A DNA stretch of 64,000 nt from Bacteroidales bacterium. Lineage in GTDB: Bacteria > Bacteroidota > Bacteroidia > Bacteroidales > JAQXIO01. Positions 40,520 through 50,085 of the stretch are shown here, in pieces. The stretch is from NCBI GenBank assembly GCA_029007825.1, contig JAQXIO010000027.1:16434-80433 (forward strand), given 5' to 3'. The number at the start of each line of letters is the position of its first letter. The first letter of the stretch is position 1. A program made the position numbers and the translations under genes. The notes beneath the pieces are model-generated. The model did not search any database and had not been told where the DNA came from. It saw only the letters and a list, made by a program, of their open reading frames with translations.

Positions 40520-41845
40520 ATAATTGATTCTACTTTGTTTAAAGGGAAAAAGATATTATATGCGACGTTAGGTTGCAAATTGAATTTTGCTGAGACTTCA
40601 ACAATCGGGAGAGCATTGGAAAAAAGAGGGGCGGTATCGGTGAAAAAAGGGGAGCTGGCGGATATTTGTATTATCAATACCTGTTCGGTGACCGACCTTT
40701 CCGATAAAAAATGCCGTCAGACGATCCGTCGTTTAATAAAAAATCATCCCGGTGCCGTCGTTGTGGTGACCGGTTGTTATGCACAATTGAAACCGGAAGA
40801 GGTGTCTGCTATTGATGGAGTCGATCTGGTGCTGGGCAACGGGGAAAAGCTGAATATTGAGTCTCATATGCAGGATATCCTGAATAAAGTGGAACAACGG
40901 AAAATCATTACCACCTCTTGTCAGGATATACGGGATTTTGCTCCCTCCTTATCGAAAGGAGACGATCGCACACGTTATTTTTTGAAGATTCAAGACGGAT
41001 GCAACTATTATTGTTCCTATTGTACGGTTCCTTTTGCCCGGGGAAACAGTCGTAATGGATCCATTGACGCATTGGTAAAACAAGCGTATGAGGTTGCGGA
41101 TTCCGGAGGTAAAGAAATTGTATTGAGCGGTGTGAATATCGGTGATTTCGGAAAAAGTACGAATGAGAGCTTTTTTGATTTGATACGTCGCCTTGATGAA
41201 GTGGAGGGAATCGAGCGGTTCCGCATATCTTCCATTGAACCGAATCTTTTAAAAGATGAGATTATTGAATTCGTAGCAGCATCAAAGCGTTTTGCTCCTC
41301 ATTTTCATATTCCCCTTCAATCGGGAAGCGATGCAGTTTTGAAATTGATGCGCCGACGTTATGACACCGCGCTTTTTGCGCAGCGTATCGGTAAAATCAA
41401 AACGTTGATGCCGGATGCTTTTGTCGGTGTGGATGTGATCGTCGGTATGCGCGGAGAAACAGATGCTTTTTTTGAAGAGAGTTATCGTTTTATCGATTCT
41501 TTGCCGGTTTCGCAATTACATGTTTTTTCTTATTCGGAGCGTCCGGGGACCGATGCTTTAAAGATCGATCATGTGGTTTCTCCGGAAGAGAAACAGCTCA
41601 GAAGTATTCGTTTACTTTCCCTTTCGAAAAAGAAGTTATCTGAATTTTACGATTCACAGGTCGGAAGAGTGGTGAATGTGTTATTTGAACATACGCCTAA
41701 GAATGCTCTCATGTGCGGTTTCAGCGGTAACTATGTACGCGTCGAAATGCCGTACGATGAAACGCTGATTAACCGGATAAGCCGGATAGTTTTGGAGAAA
41801 GTAGATTCGGAAACCGGTTTTTTTAAAGGACTAAAAGTTGAATAA
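40520..41845 (+). CDS. mtaB: tRNA t6A37 methylthiotransferase MtaB (start codon uncertain)
   Basis: TLGCKLN, INTCSVT, LKIQDGCNYYCSYC radical-SAM motif, HIPLQSGS and TRAM tail; promoter TACATTTG at 40492 lies downstream of the ORF-track start. Confidence 0.88.
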   Translation: MIDSTLFKGKKILYATLGCKLNFAETSTIGRALEKRGAVSVKKGELADICIINTCSVTDLSDKKCRQTIRRLIKNHPGAVVVVTGCYAQLKPEEVSAIDGVDLVLGNGEKLNIESHMQDILNKVEQRKIITTSCQDIRDFAPSLSKGDDRTRYFLKIQDGCNYYCSYCTVPFARGNSRNGSIDALVKQAYEVADSGGKEIVLSGVNIGDFGKSTNESFFDLIRRLDEVEGIERFRISSIEPNLLKDEIIEFVAASKRFAPHFHIPLQSGSDAVLKLMRRRYDTALFAQRIGKIKTLMPDAFVGVDVIVGMRGETDAFFEESYRFIDSLPVSQLHVFSYSERPGTDALKIDHVVSPEEKQLRSIRLLSLSKKKLSEFYDSQVGRVVNVLFEHTPKNALMCGFSGNYVRVEMPYDETLINRISRIVLEKVDSETGFFKGLKVE

Positions 41846-41846
41846 G

Positions 41847-42737
41847 ATGCTTTATTATTTTGTATATGCTGTAAATAAAGTTATTGCTTTGCTGCCTTTA
41901 CGGGTTTTGTATTTTTTTTCAGATATGCTCTTTCCTCTGGTATATTATGTGGTGAGATACCGGCATAAGGTTGTACATCGTAATCTCAAAGCTTCTTTTC
42001 CCGAATATACGCCTGTACAAATAAAAGAGCTCGAGAAGGAATTTTATCATCATTTTTGTGATTACATGGTTGAGACGATCAAACTTTTTCATTTTTCCGA
42101 TAAGGAGATGAAGGTTCATTTACGTTTTGAGGGTCTGGACCTGGTACAGCGTCTTTATGATGAGGGACGTTCCGTATTGATGTTGCTGGGACACTTTGGA
42201 AACTGGGAATGGGTGTCTTCGTTGGGAATGCATATACCGTTGGGATATGCAGGTGGTCAGATTTACCGGCCATTGAAAAATAAGACATTCGACCGGCTTT
42301 TTCTGACGTTGCGTTCCCGTTTCGGGGTACGTAGTATTGCAAAAGTTGATACGCTCCGGGCTATTATGGAATATAAAAGGGAAGGACAACTTTTTTTTAT
42401 CGGTGTTATGGCCGATCAGACTCCGTCCGAAGCAAATATTCATTACCGGACTCTCTTTTTGCATCAGGATACTCCTGTTTTGAGTGGAGTGGAGCGGATT
42501 GCGAAGAAAGTGGATACAGCGGTTCTCTATCTGGATGTGTGTAAGGTAAAGCGAGGCTATTATGTATGTACGTTCAAATTACTGAGCGAGCATCCGAAAG
42601 AGACATCGGAATTTGAAATAACGGAAAAATATATGCGGGAAATGGAGAAAACCATATTACGCCAGCCTGCATATTGGCTGTGGACTCATAAAAGATGGAA
42701 ATACAGCCGGATCCAAAATCCAGAAGCGGTATGCTGA
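41847..42737 (+). CDS. lpxL: Lipid A biosynthesis acyltransferase (LpxL/HtrB family)
   Basis: GHFGNWEW, ADQTP and WLWTHKRWK motifs. Confidence 0.88.
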   Translation: MLYYFVYAVNKVIALLPLRVLYFFSDMLFPLVYYVVRYRHKVVHRNLKASFPEYTPVQIKELEKEFYHHFCDYMVETIKLFHFSDKEMKVHLRFEGLDLVQRLYDEGRSVLMLLGHFGNWEWVSSLGMHIPLGYAGGQIYRPLKNKTFDRLFLTLRSRFGVRSIAKVDTLRAIMEYKREGQLFFIGVMADQTPSEANIHYRTLFLHQDTPVLSGVERIAKKVDTAVLYLDVCKVKRGYYVCTFKLLSEHPKETSEFEITEKYMREMEKTILRQPAYWLWTHKRWKYSRIQNPEAVC

Positions 42738-43762
42738 CAACGTCTATTATCTTATTAAACTGGAACGGTAAGGAGCTTCTGGAGCATTTTATGCCTTCTG
42801 TCATGAAATGCTGTGCTGCGGATAATGTACGCATTGTAGTGGCTGATAATGCTTCAACGGATGACTCTGTCTCTTTCCTGAAAGAGAATTATCCTTCGGT
42901 AAAGATTCTTGCTTTTGATCGTAACTATGGTTTTGCCGAAGGCTATAATAAAGCGATAGAGATAATAGATTCTGATTTTGTCGTGTTGTTGAATACGGAT
43001 GTCGAGGTTACCGAAGGGTGGTTGAGTGCTCCCCTCGACTTGTTGCTCCGTAATCCGGAAATTGCGGCGGTACAGCCTAAAATCAGATCGTTTCGTGCTA
43101 GGGGCTTTTTTGAATATGCAGGGGCTGCCGGAGGATTTATGGATAAATGGGGGTATCCTTTTTGCAGGGGTAGGTTGTTCTCTACGATAGAGAAGGATAA
43201 AGGACAGTACGATAATGAATGCGAACTTTTCTGGGCGAGCGGTGCCTGTATGTTTTTGCGTCGCTCCTGTTTTTTGGAAGCCGGAGGTTTCGATGCCTCT
43301 TTTTTTGCTCATCAGGAGGAGATCGATCTCTGCTGGAGATTGAAAAACAAAGGGTATAAAATCTTCTATACACCTGATTCAATCGTTTATCATATGGGGG
43401 GAGCAACGTTGGATTCTTCTAATCCGCGAAAAACATTCCTGAATTTCAGAAATAATCGTCTGATGCTTTATAAAAATCTTGCAAAAAACGACCGCAGACG
43501 AGTCTTTTTTGTACGTTATTGGTTGGATGCCGCAGCAGCAATGGCCTTTCTCTTTTCCGGAAAAGTAGCAGATGCATGGGCTGTTTTCCGGGCTTATGTT
43601 GTATTTAATAAAGATAAAAAGACTTATAACGATAATGGAATAACTAAATATCCGCTGAAAAAATTTCTTCAGGTATATCAGAAATCGATAGTTTTCAGTT
43701 ATTATTTAAAAAGAAAAAAAAGATTCACGGATTTGTTTTCCGATACTATGGCTGGTCGTTAA
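42731..43762 (+). CDS. Glycosyltransferase family 2
   Basis: IILLNWNG, DNASTDDS, NYGFAEGYN, LLNTD and EEIDLCWR motifs; ATG 42731 overlaps the lpxL end. Confidence 0.9.
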   Translation: MLTTSIILLNWNGKELLEHFMPSVMKCCAADNVRIVVADNASTDDSVSFLKENYPSVKILAFDRNYGFAEGYNKAIEIIDSDFVVLLNTDVEVTEGWLSAPLDLLLRNPEIAAVQPKIRSFRARGFFEYAGAAGGFMDKWGYPFCRGRLFSTIEKDKGQYDNECELFWASGACMFLRRSCFLEAGGFDASFFAHQEEIDLCWRLKNKGYKIFYTPDSIVYHMGGATLDSSNPRKTFLNFRNNRLMLYKNLAKNDRRRVFFVRYWLDAAAAMAFLFSGKVADAWAVFRAYVVFNKDKKTYNDNGITKYPLKKFLQVYQKSIVFSYYLKRKKRFTDLFSDTMAGR

Positions 43763-43767
43763 CCCTT

Positions 43768-44151
43768 TTATTCCCAAAGGGCTTTAAACTCTTCCGCATT
43801 ACCGCTTATCAGAATAGCGGATTCTTTTATGTCTGCACCGATAGGTGGTATTTGTTTTGCTATTTTTAATTGTAATTCGGTTATAGATGAATAGTCATTT
43901 ACCAGTCGTTTGACGATCCGTCCTCCTACATGTTCCAGTAAAGCAGAGGGAAATGCCATTTCTTCTTTGATAAGGTTAAACAGTCCGGCATAGCTGATCG
44001 TGTTACCGAGATCATCGTCGAGCATAGCTTTTGTGAAATCCGTAGATATTTCCAGGTCCACGACAAACCAGTTACCTATTATGCGTTCTTGGTTATCGAC
44101 TCCGTGACGGGCGAAGAAACGCATCTCGTTCAGCTGAATTTTATTTTTCAT
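43768..44151 (-). CDS. folB: Dihydroneopterin aldolase
   Basis: FFARHGV...ER, DDLGNTISY and LLEHV motifs; TACCTTTG promoter element at 44170-44177 (minus). Confidence 0.92.
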   Translation of the reverse strand: MKNKIQLNEMRFFARHGVDNQERIIGNWFVVDLEISTDFTKAMLDDDLGNTISYAGLFNLIKEEMAFPSALLEHVGGRIVKRLVNDYSSITELQLKIAKQIPPIGADIKESAILISGNAEEFKALWE

Positions 44152-44385
44152 CGTCTTTTTGTATTACTGCAAAGGTATTATCTGCTTTTATAAGAAGCAA
44201 TGAATTTATTATAAAACTTGCCTTATCGTGTTTACTTGTAAAAATATAGAGTTTCGTCATGATTGTTTCAAATGATTCTATCCGGATGCTTATGCTAAGA
44301 CTTGTTATTATTTAGATGCTGTTTTGCAGAGATAGAAAAATACTCTACATTTGTAGAAATGTAGTTTTAGAATAAAGAATAAATT

Positions 44386-44760
44386 ATGCTGAATATGAAA
44401 CAATCCGGTTCACAGACCAATAGTCATAATACTCTGTCTGCGGGCACGATTATCCGGGGTGATGTGTATGCAGAAGAAGATTTAAGGGTGGATGCTCAGG
44501 TTGAAGGAAATATTGAGTGTAAAGGAAAAGTAATCGTAGGAGGCAAGGCTGTTGTTACAGGCTACATTAAATGCAAGAATGCTGAATTGATGGGGATGGT
44601 CTCCGGTGACCTGTATGTAGACGGGCGTCTGACTTTGAGATCGTCAGTCAACTACAAAGGTGACATTCATGCAAGAGCGTTGGAGATTGAACCCGGTGCG
44701 GTTTTTAACGGTACATGCAATATGGTTACCGATAACGATACAGAAGAAGGAGAGCGCTAA
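44386..44760 (+). CDS. Bactofilin (polymer-forming cytoskeletal protein)
   Basis: Beta-helix repeats GTIIRGDV...LRVD..VEGNI...LEIEPGAVFNGTC; promoter TTTG(44323)-N19-TACATTTG(44346). Confidence 0.88.
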   Translation: MLNMKQSGSQTNSHNTLSAGTIIRGDVYAEEDLRVDAQVEGNIECKGKVIVGGKAVVTGYIKCKNAELMGMVSGDLYVDGRLTLRSSVNYKGDIHARALEIEPGAVFNGTCNMVTDNDTEEGER

Positions 44761-47205
44761 TTACTCTCCTTCGTTGTTTCTTTCCTGAACCAGCTTTTTA
44801 ACGTTTCTGGTAAATTCCTTACTTGCGCAAAGCGTTTCAAGTGAAAGGTGCATGCGGTATCTCCAGTAATAATTAGAGATTGCCGGAATATTGATGCGTT
44901 CTTCGTCAACCTGTCCGTTTCTCAGTTCGGCATCGATAGAGAGCCAGTCCTGCAAAGGGAAAATAGTCAGAATTGCAGAAGAAGAGAGATGTCTGTGTAA
45001 TATTTGCTCGCATATAGCGGGAGGGCAATCGTATCCCTGCGTCTCTTTCCACCATCCCCGTATTGTCGTCATATCGTGTGTCGAAGTACTGCATACCGAC
45101 AGATAGGGTAATTTTGAAAGATCTTCCAGCTCTACTCCCGGTGTTTTAGGCATTCGCTCTATTTCCAGAGAGAGTATCTGAAGTTGATTCATTACATCAG
45201 GTACGCATGCCGGAATCATACCCAGGTCTTCACCGCAAGCCAACATATCTGTACATTTGGTAAGAATGGATAATTTTTCTAATCCTTTTTCTCTCCAGAA
45301 TTCGTTGTGCCGCTTATAAAAGTAGTTCCAGTAAATCTGGTCGTAGGCATAACGGTCGTTATCGTCCAGCATTTGGTATAAATGCGTTTTATAAGCATCG
45401 ATTCTCGGATGATAGTGAGCTTTTTGAACGGTATCTTCCAAGAATAGAACTTCACATGAAGAAGTTAAGTGTGCGTATTTATCCGCATTGAAACGGAACC
45501 CTCTGGCTTCTATCTCTTCTATGGAAAGAGGGAGTGCCGGATTAAAACGTCCGACCAGTCCGTTCGTATAGGGGCAGGGAATTTCCCAGATACGAAAGAA
45601 TCCGAGTATATGATCTATACGATAAGCATTGAAATATTTGGCCATTTGAGTGAACCGTTTTATCCACCATGTGTAACCGTCTTTTTTCCTTTCATCCCAG
45701 TTATAGGTCGGAAATCCCCAGTTCTGTCCTTCTTCTGCAAAATCATCGGGCGGAGCGCCTGCCTGCATATTGAGATGAAACAGCCGGGGGGACATCCAGG
45801 CTTCTACTCCCGTACGGTTGATACCTATCGGTATATCTCCTTTTAGTACAATACCTTTGCTGTTTGCATATTGTGTTATTTCATTTAATTGCAGATGCAA
45901 ATGGTATTGGAGATAACAGTAAAAGATTATTTCATCGTATGCCGGAGAGCTTTTATCGCATAATTGATCGATTTCTTCTTTCTTATATATGGAGTTTTCC
46001 GGCCATTTATTGAAGTTGCTTTCTTTATAAAGATCACGTAGATATGAGTATGCGGCGTATGGCATCAGCCATTCCTGATTGTCGGAGATGAACCGGCCGA
46101 AATCTTTATTTTGAGGCAGATTGTTTTTTTCCTGCTGGTAAATCAACCGGAAGTATTCCCATTTCAAGGCGTCTACTCTGTCGTAATCTACTTGTCTGAG
46201 GGAGTTCAACCGGGAACTCTCTTTTTCAAAGCGTCTTGCTGTTCTTTTATCTTTTAATTGTTCCATCGAAGGCAGATGGAGATAAAGCGGATGCAAAGCG
46301 TATATCGAGATTGCATTATATGGGTAGGAATCGCTCCATGTGTGTGTAGTGGTAGTATCGTTGACCGGTAAGATTTGGACGAAAGACATACCGCAAGATG
46401 CCGCCCAGTCGATTAGTAGCTTTAAATCGGAAAATTCACCTATACCCCAGCTTTCGTTCGAACGTAACGAGAATACGGGGATGGACACACCCGCTCCTTT
46501 CCATTTCGATCTCGCAAAATCAGGATTATGCTCAATCAGGAAAGATTCTCCGGGAGCGGAAGGATTCTCGATCTGTAAAGTGTGATTAGGGCCCTTTTCC
46601 CAGATAAAACTTTTGGTGGATTTCTTTTTAATTACGAATTTATATTCCAAAGGAATATGGGATAGTATGGGTGGTAATAAAGTTTCCCATGTGTATATTG
46701 TCGTGTACGTCAATTTAATCCCTTTCTCGGGATCCCAATTTCCCAGAGCCGGATTATTTCCTGTCAGAATTAAAGTTTCGTCTCCTTTTAGATTCGGAAC
46801 AAATGCATTTAACAGGTGAGAGGCTAATACACTGAATTGAGGTTTTCGCTGCTGTTTATGGGCAAATATACATTTGGTGAAAGCGGAAGAACCGAATATG
46901 GTGTATTCCGGTTTATCTTTCCATACACTTCTTATATTTATTTTCCCGTTCCGGTTGGGCAGGATTATCTGATGCATTCCATATTCTTCCCGTTCTGTCT
47001 CTCCATCTCTGACGATCAGGAATCGGAATTCAACAGGTTGTTTGTAGACAAAAACAGGAACAGAGAGCTTCCACTCTCCGTTTCCTGAATATTGCATTCT
47101 GAGGGCAAAGCGATTGTCCCAATTTCCAAGTTCCGGAATCGATCCGACAATATATACGTTTTCCCCCCATTGGGTATTATACTGGATATGAACCGTCAGT
47201 TCCAT
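44761..47205 (-). CDS. malQ: 4-alpha-glucanotransferase (GH77, DPE2-like, N-terminal CBM20 modules)
   Basis: Two CBM20-like G...LGNW segments; KGDIPIG, GAPPD, QNWGFP, RIDHILGFFRIW and GEDLG motifs. Confidence 0.93.
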   Translation of the reverse strand: MELTVHIQYNTQWGENVYIVGSIPELGNWDNRFALRMQYSGNGEWKLSVPVFVYKQPVEFRFLIVRDGETEREEYGMHQIILPNRNGKINIRSVWKDKPEYTIFGSSAFTKCIFAHKQQRKPQFSVLASHLLNAFVPNLKGDETLILTGNNPALGNWDPEKGIKLTYTTIYTWETLLPPILSHIPLEYKFVIKKKSTKSFIWEKGPNHTLQIENPSAPGESFLIEHNPDFARSKWKGAGVSIPVFSLRSNESWGIGEFSDLKLLIDWAASCGMSFVQILPVNDTTTTHTWSDSYPYNAISIYALHPLYLHLPSMEQLKDKRTARRFEKESSRLNSLRQVDYDRVDALKWEYFRLIYQQEKNNLPQNKDFGRFISDNQEWLMPYAAYSYLRDLYKESNFNKWPENSIYKKEEIDQLCDKSSPAYDEIIFYCYLQYHLHLQLNEITQYANSKGIVLKGDIPIGINRTGVEAWMSPRLFHLNMQAGAPPDDFAEEGQNWGFPTYNWDERKKDGYTWWIKRFTQMAKYFNAYRIDHILGFFRIWEIPCPYTNGLVGRFNPALPLSIEEIEARGFRFNADKYAHLTSSCEVLFLEDTVQKAHYHPRIDAYKTHLYQMLDDNDRYAYDQIYWNYFYKRHNEFWREKGLEKLSILTKCTDMLACGEDLGMIPACVPDVMNQLQILSLEIERMPKTPGVELEDLSKLPYLSVCSTSTHDMTTIRGWWKETQGYDCPPAICEQILHRHLSSSAILTIFPLQDWLSIDAELRNGQVDEERINIPAISNYYWRYRMHLSLETLCASKEFTRNVKKLVQERNNEGE

Positions 47206-47214
47206 ATAGATTAT

Positions 47215-49758
47215 TTATCCGCATTTGGATGCTCCGCAGTTGGTACATATCAAACAGCCTTCCTGATAAATCAGAGTTTCCAATCCGCAATTGGGGCATT
47301 TCTGACCTTTTGCCTCTGTTCCGTTCGGCAGATATTTTTTCAGGGCACGTTCTACACCGTTTTTCCACGTATTGATTGATTCACTGTCCAGTTCGAGGCC
47401 CTGCACCAGTTTTATAACCTGATCGATCGGCATTCCGTAGCGGAGAACGCCCGAAATTAATTTAGCGTAATTCCAGAATTCCGGGTCGAATTTGCTATCC
47501 AGTCCTTCGATAGTGGTTTTATATCCCCGTTTGTTTTTAAACTGGAAGTCATAGTGTTTTACGCCGTCTTCATTGTAACTTTTAATAATGTTTCCCTTTG
47601 TTATGTTCTTGGGAAGTAGGATTCCGTCTTCATCGTCTGCGAGACCGGTAAAGATTTCGTATGGACGTCCGTTCAATATACCGACGAATGCAATCCATTT
47701 TTCCTTATTGTTCTGGAAACGTACGACGTCGGCTTCAAGTTCTTTCGGACGGGTACCCACGATAACGGGTGGTTCCATACAATTGCAATCCTCTTTTTTC
47801 TTCTCGTCTCCTTTGGCAGAGATCAGAACGCCCGAGCGGGAACCATCCCGGTAAACGGTACAACCTTTACAGCCGCATTTCCATGCCTCAACATATAATG
47901 TGTTGACAAGTTCCTCGCTTACATCGGACGGCAGGTTGATGGTAACACTGATGGAATGGTCAACCCATTTTTGCATTTTTCCCTGCATACGCACTTTCTG
48001 CAGCCAGTCCACATCGTTGGATGTCGCTTTATAGTACGGTGATTTTTGAATCATTTCATCAACTTCTTCGTCCGTATATTTTTTAGCTGTAGGATAGCCG
48101 TTTGCTTCCATCCAGGTTACGAATTTATGATGGAATACGATGTATTCTTCAAAAGCATCACCCGTTTCATCTACGTAATCGACACGAACGGACGCATCAT
48201 TCGGATTTACTTTTCTACGGCGTTTATAAACGGGGAGAAATACCGGTTCGATACCGGATGTCGTTTGTGTCATCAGACTGGTTGTTCCGGTTGGAGCAAT
48301 CGTCAGGCACGCAATATTGCGGCGTCCGTTTTTGACCATTTCGGCATATAGTTCCGGGTCAGCTTCTTTCAACCTGTTGATAAACGGATTATTCTTTTCC
48401 TTTTTGGAATCGTAAATTGGAAATGCTCCTCTTTCTTTGGCCATATCGACGGAAGAACGGTAAGCTTCTATTGCCAATGTTTTTTGTACTTTTTCAGCAA
48501 AATCCGTTGCTTCTTCCGTTCCGTAGCGTAAGCCCATCGCTGCGATCATGTCGCCTTCGGCCGTTATACCTACACCCGTTCTACGGCCTTGCAGGGTTTT
48601 AGTTTTGATTTTATTCCAGAGAGTTTTTTCTGCCTGTTTTACTTCTTCCGTTTCCGGGTCGGATTCGATTTTATCCAGAATCATATCGATTTTTTCGGCC
48701 TCCAGATCGATGATGTCATCCATAATTCGTTGAGCCAATGCTACATGTTTCTTAAACAGGTCGAAATCGAAATAGGCATCTTTTGTAAATGGGTTTACTA
48801 CATAGGAATATAGGTTGATAGCCAGGAGGCGGCAGCTGTCATAGGGACAGAGAGGTATTTCACCGCAAGGATTGGTCGAAACCGTTTTGAAACCTAAATC
48901 GGCGTAACAATCAGGTACAGATTCGCGGATGATCGTATCCCAGAAGAGAACACCCGGCTCTGCCGATTTCCATGCATTGTGGACTATTTTTTTCCAGAGC
49001 TCCGAAGCATCGATATCTTTCGTTGTTGTCGGATTCTTGGCATCTATCGGATATTGTTGCTGGTAAGTCGTTCCATCAATAGCGGCACGCATGAATTCAT
49101 CGTCCAGTTTTACGGATACGTTTGCACCAGTAACTTTTCCTTTTTCCATTTTTGCATCTATGAAGGACTCTGAATCCGGATGCTTAATTGAAACACTCAA
49201 CATCAAGGCACCGCGGCGTCCGTCTTGTGCTACCTCCCGTGTTGAATTGGAATATCTTTCCATAAAAGGAACGAGACCGGTTGAAGTTAAAGCTGAATTT
49301 TTTACCGGAGAACCTTTCGGGCGGATATGCGACATATCGTGTCCTACTCCTCCACGGCGTTTCATAAGTTGAACCTGCTCTTCGTCAATACGGATGATTG
49401 CACCGTATGAATCGGCAATGCCGTCCATACCGATTACAAAACAATTCGATAGAGAAGCTATCTGGAAGTTATTTCCTATTCCGGTCATAGGACTTCCCTG
49501 GGGGACAATGTATTTAAACCGATCGAACAAATCCAGCAATTCCTGTTTGGAAAGCGGATTGGGGTATTTTTTTTCTACACGTGCAATTTCGGAAGCCAGT
49601 CTGTCGTGCATTTGTGCCGGCGATTCTTCGTAGATATTTCCAAAAGCGTCTTTGAGGGCATATTTGTTTACCCATACAGTTGCGGCAAGTTCATCTCCTT
49701 TGAAGTAATCAAGAGATGCTGCGTAGGCCTGATCGAAAGTATAAGTTTTCTTTTCCAC
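47215..49758 (-). CDS. nrdJ: Adenosylcobalamin-dependent (class II) ribonucleotide reductase
   Basis: SLSNCFV, TNPCGEIPL, IAPTGT and KGCTVYRDGSR motifs; C-terminal CxxC..CxxC; no beta subunit gene adjacent; GTG start. Confidence 0.93.
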   Translation of the reverse strand: MEKKTYTFDQAYAASLDYFKGDELAATVWVNKYALKDAFGNIYEESPAQMHDRLASEIARVEKKYPNPLSKQELLDLFDRFKYIVPQGSPMTGIGNNFQIASLSNCFVIGMDGIADSYGAIIRIDEEQVQLMKRRGGVGHDMSHIRPKGSPVKNSALTSTGLVPFMERYSNSTREVAQDGRRGALMLSVSIKHPDSESFIDAKMEKGKVTGANVSVKLDDEFMRAAIDGTTYQQQYPIDAKNPTTTKDIDASELWKKIVHNAWKSAEPGVLFWDTIIRESVPDCYADLGFKTVSTNPCGEIPLCPYDSCRLLAINLYSYVVNPFTKDAYFDFDLFKKHVALAQRIMDDIIDLEAEKIDMILDKIESDPETEEVKQAEKTLWNKIKTKTLQGRRTGVGITAEGDMIAAMGLRYGTEEATDFAEKVQKTLAIEAYRSSVDMAKERGAFPIYDSKKEKNNPFINRLKEADPELYAEMVKNGRRNIACLTIAPTGTTSLMTQTTSGIEPVFLPVYKRRRKVNPNDASVRVDYVDETGDAFEEYIVFHHKFVTWMEANGYPTAKKYTDEEVDEMIQKSPYYKATSNDVDWLQKVRMQGKMQKWVDHSISVTINLPSDVSEELVNTLYVEAWKCGCKGCTVYRDGSRSGVLISAKGDEKKKEDCNCMEPPVIVGTRPKELEADVVRFQNNKEKWIAFVGILNGRPYEIFTGLADDEDGILLPKNITKGNIIKSYNEDGVKHYDFQFKNKRGYKTTIEGLDSKFDPEFWNYAKLISGVLRYGMPIDQVIKLVQGLELDSESINTWKNGVERALKKYLPNGTEAKGQKCPNCGLETLIYQEGCLICTNCGASKCG

Positions 49759-49861
49759 AGCAAATTAAGTTGTATAATTTAGAGATTGTTATTGTCGATA
49801 ATTTTTCGGTACTGCAATATTACTAAATGATTTATAGTGAACAAAAAAATAATAAGAATAG

Positions 49862-49870
49862 TTATCCACA
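49862..49870 (+). promoter_or_regulatory. Consensus DnaA box upstream of nrdJ
   Basis: TTATCCACA exact match; one-mismatch boxes at 49751 and 49793. Confidence 0.6.
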
Positions 49871-50085
49871 ATTTCATAAAGTTTCTGCTTTTGTGTTTTA
49901 ATTGTCATATAATCAGTCTCTTGTGAATTTGTTCTTAGTTAAAAGTTTTCCAAAAAAGATTTCTCGATTCTATTGTTGGATTTTTTTCCGGAAATGCACA
50001 ATAGACATTCACTCATACACGAATATCGAAACGGACGGTTTCTTTTTAATTGAAAAATATGTATGTTTGTATAAAAAAAATATTT

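Noticed and set aside
47215-49758. Intein or intron in the ribonucleotide reductase
   Set aside because: Continuous ORF of ordinary length with no splicing or homing-endonuclease motifs.
49759-50085. Cobalamin riboswitch upstream of nrdJ
   Set aside because: No recognisable B12-box or GGGAA core; the region is too AT-rich and unstructured.
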